Source: a bacterium (lineage in GTDB: Bacteria; Cyanobacteriota; Vampirovibrionia; Gastranaerophilales; Gastranaerophilaceae). Taken from it: DNA of 64,000 nucleotides. The DNA is taken from positions 38,663 to 102,662 of the forward strand of contig JAGAVG010000051.1 of NCBI GenBank assembly GCA_017942035.1, read 5' to 3'. The translations under genes and the position numbers were made by a program. Positions 59,216-64,000 of this stretch are shown here, one piece after another; position 1 is the first letter of the stretch; the number at the start of each line of letters is the position of its first letter. The notes below the pieces were generated by a model that saw only the letters and a program-made list of their open reading frames with translations, was not told where the DNA came from and searched no databases.

Positions 59216-60121
59216 TTATATATGAATAAGTTGTATTACAAATCCGCAAATAACGCTTATAACATACAAAATCGCAATAATTTTAAGGGTATCTTTGTAA
59301 TTTTCTTTGTTTTTTAAAAGTACTAAAATTCCCAATCCTGCATTAGACAAAAGCCCAGCCATTGCCGCGCCGAAAGATATCGACCCGTTGAATAACAGTA
59401 TAGTGAGCGCAATTGAAATTGCACAGTTCGGAATCAGTCCAAACATAGCGGTAAAAATAGGAGCATAGATGGATATTTTCGAAAATAAATCATGCCAGAT
59501 TTTATTATCGGAAATTAATGCCATGAATAAATTGATTATAATAGATATAAAAAGAATAAATAGAGATATGTGCAAAGTGTGGATAAGCGGGTGATATATA
59601 AGGTCACGCTTGCGTTTTTTGGTAATTTCATGTCCGCAGCATCCGGAAGGTTCTTCAATATCTAATTTTTTGAAAACATATTTATCATCTTTGAGTATAA
59701 AATCAACCAGATATCCAAATAAAATTGCAGTAATAAGTTTTACACAAATAAGCGGAATAAGGAAATGAATTTTGTCAGGTCTGGCAAGAATCAAAGGGAT
59801 TGCCTCATCGGAAGTCGCCAGAAACACTGCGATTAAAGTTCCTTTTGTAATAAATCTCTTTATATAAAGCGTACTTGCTATTACCGAAAAACCACACTGC
59901 GGAAAGATTGCAAGGAGACTTCCGATAAAAGTTGAGGCCTTTTCTGATTTACGAACCAGATTATTAAGCTCGTCAGCTTTGAAAAATTCAATAAGTTCAA
60001 TTATCAAAAAGACAAAAAACAAAAACGGCACGAGATGAATAGTATCTAAAACCGCATCAGCACACCAATCCGGAAGGTTCAAAGCTTCAATTAAATTGTC
60101 AATCCCTTCAAATATAAACAT
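59216..60121 (-). CDS. Hypothetical polytopic membrane protein (putative permease).
   Basis: About 8 TM segments, conserved-looking SDEAIPLILA and NCAISIALTILLF segments. Family not confidently assigned. Confidence 0.5.
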   Translation of the reverse strand: MFIFEGIDNLIEALNLPDWCADAVLDTIHLVPFLFFVFLIIELIEFFKADELNNLVRKSEKASTFIGSLLAIFPQCGFSVIASTLYIKRFITKGTLIAVFLATSDEAIPLILARPDKIHFLIPLICVKLITAILFGYLVDFILKDDKYVFKKLDIEEPSGCCGHEITKKRKRDLIYHPLIHTLHISLFILFISIIINLFMALISDNKIWHDLFSKISIYAPIFTAMFGLIPNCAISIALTILLFNGSISFGAAMAGLLSNAGLGILVLLKNKENYKDTLKIIAILYVISVICGFVIQLIHI

Positions 60122-60125
60122 ATCA

Positions 60126-60716
60126 TTAATCTAATATAACAAAATCTTCCCAATATTCCTTACTGGAGTAATAAGACTCAAAATCTGCTTTATCTTCCGC
60201 CCACTCTTTATTGAGCCTAGCTTCTTTTGCGGCATCTTCAGCTCTAAAAAGTTCTACATCTCTTTTCGCATCTTGCAGCATCAACTTTTGATTTTCTTTA
60301 CGAATATGTGAAAATGTTGTCTTTTCATATTCATCAACAAGCTGCTGTAAATTTTTGGCTTTTTCTTTTTTTAACTTAAGTTCAGCATTCTTATTGTAAT
60401 GCTCATCAAAATAACTTGACAATGCCGTTTTGATTTTACGCCCTGAAGTTTCATTACTTAGAGTTGCTGAATTAGTAGGCTTTACAGGCTTTTGTAGAAC
60501 AACATTTATCCCTTCTTCTGACTGAATAACGTCAAGTTTAGAACTATGCGGCAAAATTTTTCTTTGTATTTTAATATCACCAGTTTTGTGCATTAAAGGA
60601 TTTTCAGAAACAATACGGCGTGCAAATTTATTATTTACAAAATCATGAAAATTTACTCCATTAATAAATGCTTGCGGCATGAAGTTAAACTTCGAAAATT
60701 GAACTGGTCTTAACAT
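60126..60716 (-). CDS. Hypothetical K/E-rich coiled-coil protein.
   Basis: 196-aa ORF immediately downstream of, and co-oriented with, the membrane protein gene. Confidence 0.45.
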   Translation of the reverse strand: MLRPVQFSKFNFMPQAFINGVNFHDFVNNKFARRIVSENPLMHKTGDIKIQRKILPHSSKLDVIQSEEGINVVLQKPVKPTNSATLSNETSGRKIKTALSSYFDEHYNKNAELKLKKEKAKNLQQLVDEYEKTTFSHIRKENQKLMLQDAKRDVELFRAEDAAKEARLNKEWAEDKADFESYYSSKEYWEDFVILD

Positions 60717-60812
60717 ATAAATATCTCCTCTAAAAACTAAAATTACAAATCCTTCTACGGGTTAATTTTATCATAAATAAAAAGAAAAACAATTGTTTAA
60801 AGTAATTTGATA

Positions 60813-61964
60813 TTAAGACTTTATACTTTCAGCTATAACGAAAGCGTTTGACCAGCAGTTTTGCAGATTAAACCCTCCGCAAAAACCGTCAATATCAAGA
60901 ACTTCGCCTCCAAAATACAGATTTTTAATTTTTCTGCTTTCAAATGTTGCCGGATTAATTTCGTCAAGTGCAACTCCGCCTGAGGTAACTACTTCTCCGT
61001 CTTTTTGAGTCGCAATTACATTAATTTGAAAATTTTCTAATGAATTTATTATTAAATCACGTGTTTTACCGTTTATGTTACAGCATTTTGTTTCAGAATT
61101 TATGTTCAAAAATCCCAGTAAATAGCCGGCAAAAGAGCGCGGAACGAAGTCGGATAACAGATTTATTATAAATTTGTGTGGATTTTCATTTAAAAGATTT
61201 TGAAAATTTTCAAGATTTATTATATTTAAATTTATTTTGTAAGGAAAAGTATCGCGCGCTTTTATGGATGATATTTTATAAATAAGCGGGCCGGAAACTC
61301 CTTGATGAGTGAACAATACATCTCCGCAAACATAATCTTTAGAAATTTTTGTACTGACATTTTTTAGAACAACCCCGCTTATTGACGCAAAATTTTCTTT
61401 GGTTTTGAGCGCAACAAGAGCAGGTTTCGGCTCTACGATTTTTATACCAAGATATTCTGCAATATTATAACCGCAATGTCCGCCGGTTGTCACGATTATT
61501 TTGTCAAATTTGTAACTTCCTTCCGTTGTTACAATTTCTAAAGGCTCTTTATTATTTATCCTCAAAACCTTTTCGTGCTTAAATTCGGTTTTATTAAGAT
61601 ATTTCAAAAATTTATCTCTGACCTCGCCGGCATCATTAGAGACCGGAAAAATTCTATTATCCTCTTGAATATAATATTTTATCCCTATATTTTCAAAAAA
61701 GTTCAGTGTATCAGCAGTAGAAAATTTTGAAAATACAGAATACAAGAATTTTTCACCGCGCGGATAATTTTTAGCAAGCTCTTTAAAATCGAATTCCGCA
61801 TGCGCAAAATTACAGCGGCCGCCTCCCGTTGGTAAAATTGTTCTTAGTGGAGTTCCGAAGTCAAAGACTGTAACCTTAAAATTATCTTGCAGAAATGCGG
61901 CACACATGCACCCGCAAGGCCCGCCGCCAACTATTGCAATTTTATATGTCGATTCTTGTGCCAT
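60813..61964 (-). CDS. HI0933/BaiN-family FAD-dependent oxidoreductase (aminoacetone-oxidase-family flavoprotein).
   Basis: IAIVGGGPCGCMCAA dinucleotide-binding motif, 383 aa. Confidence 0.8.
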   Translation of the reverse strand: MAQESTYKIAIVGGGPCGCMCAAFLQDNFKVTVFDFGTPLRTILPTGGGRCNFAHAEFDFKELAKNYPRGEKFLYSVFSKFSTADTLNFFENIGIKYYIQEDNRIFPVSNDAGEVRDKFLKYLNKTEFKHEKVLRINNKEPLEIVTTEGSYKFDKIIVTTGGHCGYNIAEYLGIKIVEPKPALVALKTKENFASISGVVLKNVSTKISKDYVCGDVLFTHQGVSGPLIYKISSIKARDTFPYKINLNIINLENFQNLLNENPHKFIINLLSDFVPRSFAGYLLGFLNINSETKCCNINGKTRDLIINSLENFQINVIATQKDGEVVTSGGVALDEINPATFESRKIKNLYFGGEVLDIDGFCGGFNLQNCWSNAFVIAESIKS

Positions 61965-62448
61965 ATAAAAACACCATTTCGGGATTTTCTAAATCATTAT
62001 GCAAATCAATTATAGATTTGTGCAGTTCGGGATGAATAAATTCGGCATTCAATTCAATCATCGGAACAAGATTAAATGCTCTCAAATGGACAAATTTGTG
62101 CGGAATAATCAATCCTTCTTCATGGACAATCTCTTTTCCAAAAAATAATATATCAATGTCAATAGTTCTATCTTCATATTGTTGCGTTGTTGTACGCACT
62201 CTGCCAAGCTGATTTTCAATCCTATGGCATACTTCAAGTAAGGCAAAAGGCGTAAGGGTTGTTTTTACTTCAACAACAGCATTAACAAACCAGCTTTTAG
62301 AATTCATATTCCAAGGTTCAGACTCATAAAAAGCCGAGGTTCTGATAATGTCTACCCCCTCACTGGCTCCGAGTAAACTCGTTGCCTGCTGGATATATCC
62401 TATCCTATCACCTTTATTTGATCCTAAACTTAAATAAACTATTGCCAT
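61942..62448 (-). CDS. folK: 2-amino-4-hydroxy-6-hydroxymethyldihydropteridine pyrophosphokinase.
   Basis: AIVYLSLGSNKGDR...YESEPW signature. Confidence 0.85.
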   Translation of the reverse strand: MAIVYLSLGSNKGDRIGYIQQATSLLGASEGVDIIRTSAFYESEPWNMNSKSWFVNAVVEVKTTLTPFALLEVCHRIENQLGRVRTTTQQYEDRTIDIDILFFGKEIVHEEGLIIPHKFVHLRAFNLVPMIELNAEFIHPELHKSIIDLHNDLENPEMVFLYGTRIDI

Positions 62449-62532
62449 ATCGTAATTTTAATTATTTTACAAATTTATGTCAATAGTAATTTAGAACTAT
62501 GACGATATTTTTGTTTATTATATAATTCAATT

Positions 62533-63771
62533 ATGATTATATATGAAATCTTAGTAACAATATTATTTTTTATTCTTTTGCCGTTTTATTACATAATAAG
62601 AGCATGTAACGGAAAATTTTTGTATGGCTGGAAAGAGAAAATGGGGATTTTTAACCCTCCAAAGTTTGACAGTAAAGTCATAATGTACCATGGCGTTTCA
62701 GTCGGAGAAGTTATTGCGCTTGAAAACCTTATAAAAAAAACGAAAGAAACTTTCCCTGATTATAAAATAGTAGTGACAACCGGCACAAAAACAGGTCAGG
62801 ATATTGCTCATAAAAAATACAAAGATATTGCAGATTATATAACATATTTTCCGTTTGATGTTCCTATTTTTGTCAAATCTTTTTTGAAAAAAATTAATCC
62901 TGATGTTGTTTTAATCGCCGAAACCGAAATCTGGCCGGTGTTTGCGCGCCAATGTAAAAAGATGAATATTCCGCTTTATATTATTAACGGAAGAATTTCT
63001 GACTCGACATTCAAATTATATAAAGCTTTTACTCCATTTTTTAAACATATTTTCAAATATTACACCGGTATTTATACGCAAAGTAAAATTGACGAAGAAA
63101 AACTTCTTTCTCTCGGCTCCGGAAATGATAAAACAGAAGTTATGAAAAATCTTAAATTTGATGTAAAACGGGTTGAGTCAAATTTTGACCTTAATATCGG
63201 TTCAAATAGAGTAATCATAGCCGGAAGCACCCATAAAGGTGAAGATGAAATCATTTTTAATGCCTTTAAGCATCTAAAATCTGAGTTTTCGGACATTAAA
63301 CTTATTATTGCACCGCGGCATTTGACAAGAATTGATGAAGTATCTGCTCTTGCCGAAAAAACAGGCTATACCTTCGGCTATCGTTCAAAAGACGATAAAC
63401 TTGATAAAAACGACATTCTTATCCTGGATACCCTTGGCGAGTTAAGTAAAATTTATTCAATATGTGATTTCGCGTTTATTGGCGGAAGTTTTAACAAAAC
63501 TGGAGGCCACAATCCCCTTGAAGCCGCTGTCTACAGCAAACCGACTATAACAGGACCTTCAATTCACAATTTCCGTGATATTTACTGGATTTTAGACAGA
63601 GAAAAAGCCGGAAAGATTGTAAAAACACCGTCAGAACTTGAAGATTATATGAAAAAACTTCTCTCAGATAAAGATTTTTATAACCAAACATGCCAAAATT
63701 GCGAGTTCGTTTTCAGTGATCAACAAGGTGCTTTGGATTTTGTAATACAAAAACTTAAAGAAATATTATAA
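62533..63771 (+). CDS. waaA: 3-deoxy-D-manno-octulosonic acid (Kdo) transferase.
   Basis: N-terminal membrane anchor, HGVSVGEV motif, GT-B fold length (412 aa). Confidence 0.85.
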   Translation: MIIYEILVTILFFILLPFYYIIRACNGKFLYGWKEKMGIFNPPKFDSKVIMYHGVSVGEVIALENLIKKTKETFPDYKIVVTTGTKTGQDIAHKKYKDIADYITYFPFDVPIFVKSFLKKINPDVVLIAETEIWPVFARQCKKMNIPLYIINGRISDSTFKLYKAFTPFFKHIFKYYTGIYTQSKIDEEKLLSLGSGNDKTEVMKNLKFDVKRVESNFDLNIGSNRVIIAGSTHKGEDEIIFNAFKHLKSEFSDIKLIIAPRHLTRIDEVSALAEKTGYTFGYRSKDDKLDKNDILILDTLGELSKIYSICDFAFIGGSFNKTGGHNPLEAAVYSKPTITGPSIHNFRDIYWILDREKAGKIVKTPSELEDYMKKLLSDKDFYNQTCQNCEFVFSDQQGALDFVIQKLKEIL

Positions 63772-63795
63772 GGCCAAAGTCCTTATACACCAACG

Positions 63796-63826
63796 AAAAG
63801 CGGACGATTGTAAATCGTTCGCTTTT
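63796..63826 (+). terminator. Intrinsic terminator after waaA.
   Basis: aaaagcggacgattgtaaatcgttcgctttt. Confidence 0.55.
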
Positions 63827-63930
63827 GTAATATGTAACGAAATGTTAACAAAAAGAAGGAAAAGATTAAAGATTTAGAGAAGTAATGCCGATAAAAAAAG
63901 TACAAGGAAACGAAAACGAAAGGGAACGCT

Positions 63931-64000
63931 ATGGGTATGGCCGCATCGCAGGCAAGATTCTTAAGCTTGACTGCAAGAAAAAACAATACCGAATATGAAG
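63931..64000 (+). CDS. 5' end of an ORF running off the window (MGMAASQARFLSLTARKNNTEYE...).
   Basis: ATG preceded by aaagggaac SD-like sequence. Only 23 codons are visible. Confidence 0.3.
   Translation, partial: MGMAASQARFLSLTARKNNTEYE

Noticed and set aside
1-64000. CRISPR arrays, transposases/IS elements, integrases, prophage genes, rRNA and tRNA genes.
   Set aside because: I scanned both strands and the intergenic regions. I found no repeat-spacer arrays, no transposase or integrase motifs, and no cloverleaf-like GC-rich islands other than the SRP RNA.

Overview
This is a 64-kb window of a low-GC (about one-third GC) bacterial chromosome. The organism is probably diderm, because a Kdo transferase (waaA) is present; I cannot assign it to a phylum from sequence alone.

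The backbone is ordinary housekeeping:
- folC, dtd, rsmE, cca, gatC, pyrG, rel/spoT, anmK, nnrD, trmL and pheT.
- A polyprenyl synthase, lepB, a Ski2-like helicase, glmS, metK and rbfA.
- The pyrH-frr-cdsA-rnc-rpe operon, then folK and waaA.

Accessory content I consider worth attention:
- Three paralogous type IV pilin-like (prepilin N-terminal methylation motif) genes at 1088-2032, 23965-24786 and 53048-53692. Each is preceded by a ~185-bp near-identical element with a terminator-like palindrome at its left edge and a second palindrome next to the start codon. They share nucleotide-conserved N-terminal coding sequence and have divergent C-termini.
- Two of these pilin genes carry long in-frame, stop-free, GC-rich insertions between the conserved start and the prepilin motif.
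- A prepilin peptidase and a SigB/SigF-type sigma factor lie next to a tandem pair of ~560-aa paralogous membrane proteins of unknown function.
- A long, Bacillus-type SRP RNA sits at ~2109-2363.
- A DNA-binding gene (18280-19013) is split by a frameshift in a 4-A homopolymer.
- Two tandem small-protein paralogs at 39416-40419 have nucleotide-conserved 5' and 3' ends and a variable core. A composite 75-bp inverted-repeat structure lies between them and the upstream gene.
- Several low-complexity proteins with a C-terminal transmembrane anchor (tail-anchored). Their N-terminal regions are enriched in G/M, K/A/E or Q/N.
- A GC-rich structured leader lies upstream of metK.

I found no CRISPR arrays, transposases, rRNA or tRNA genes.
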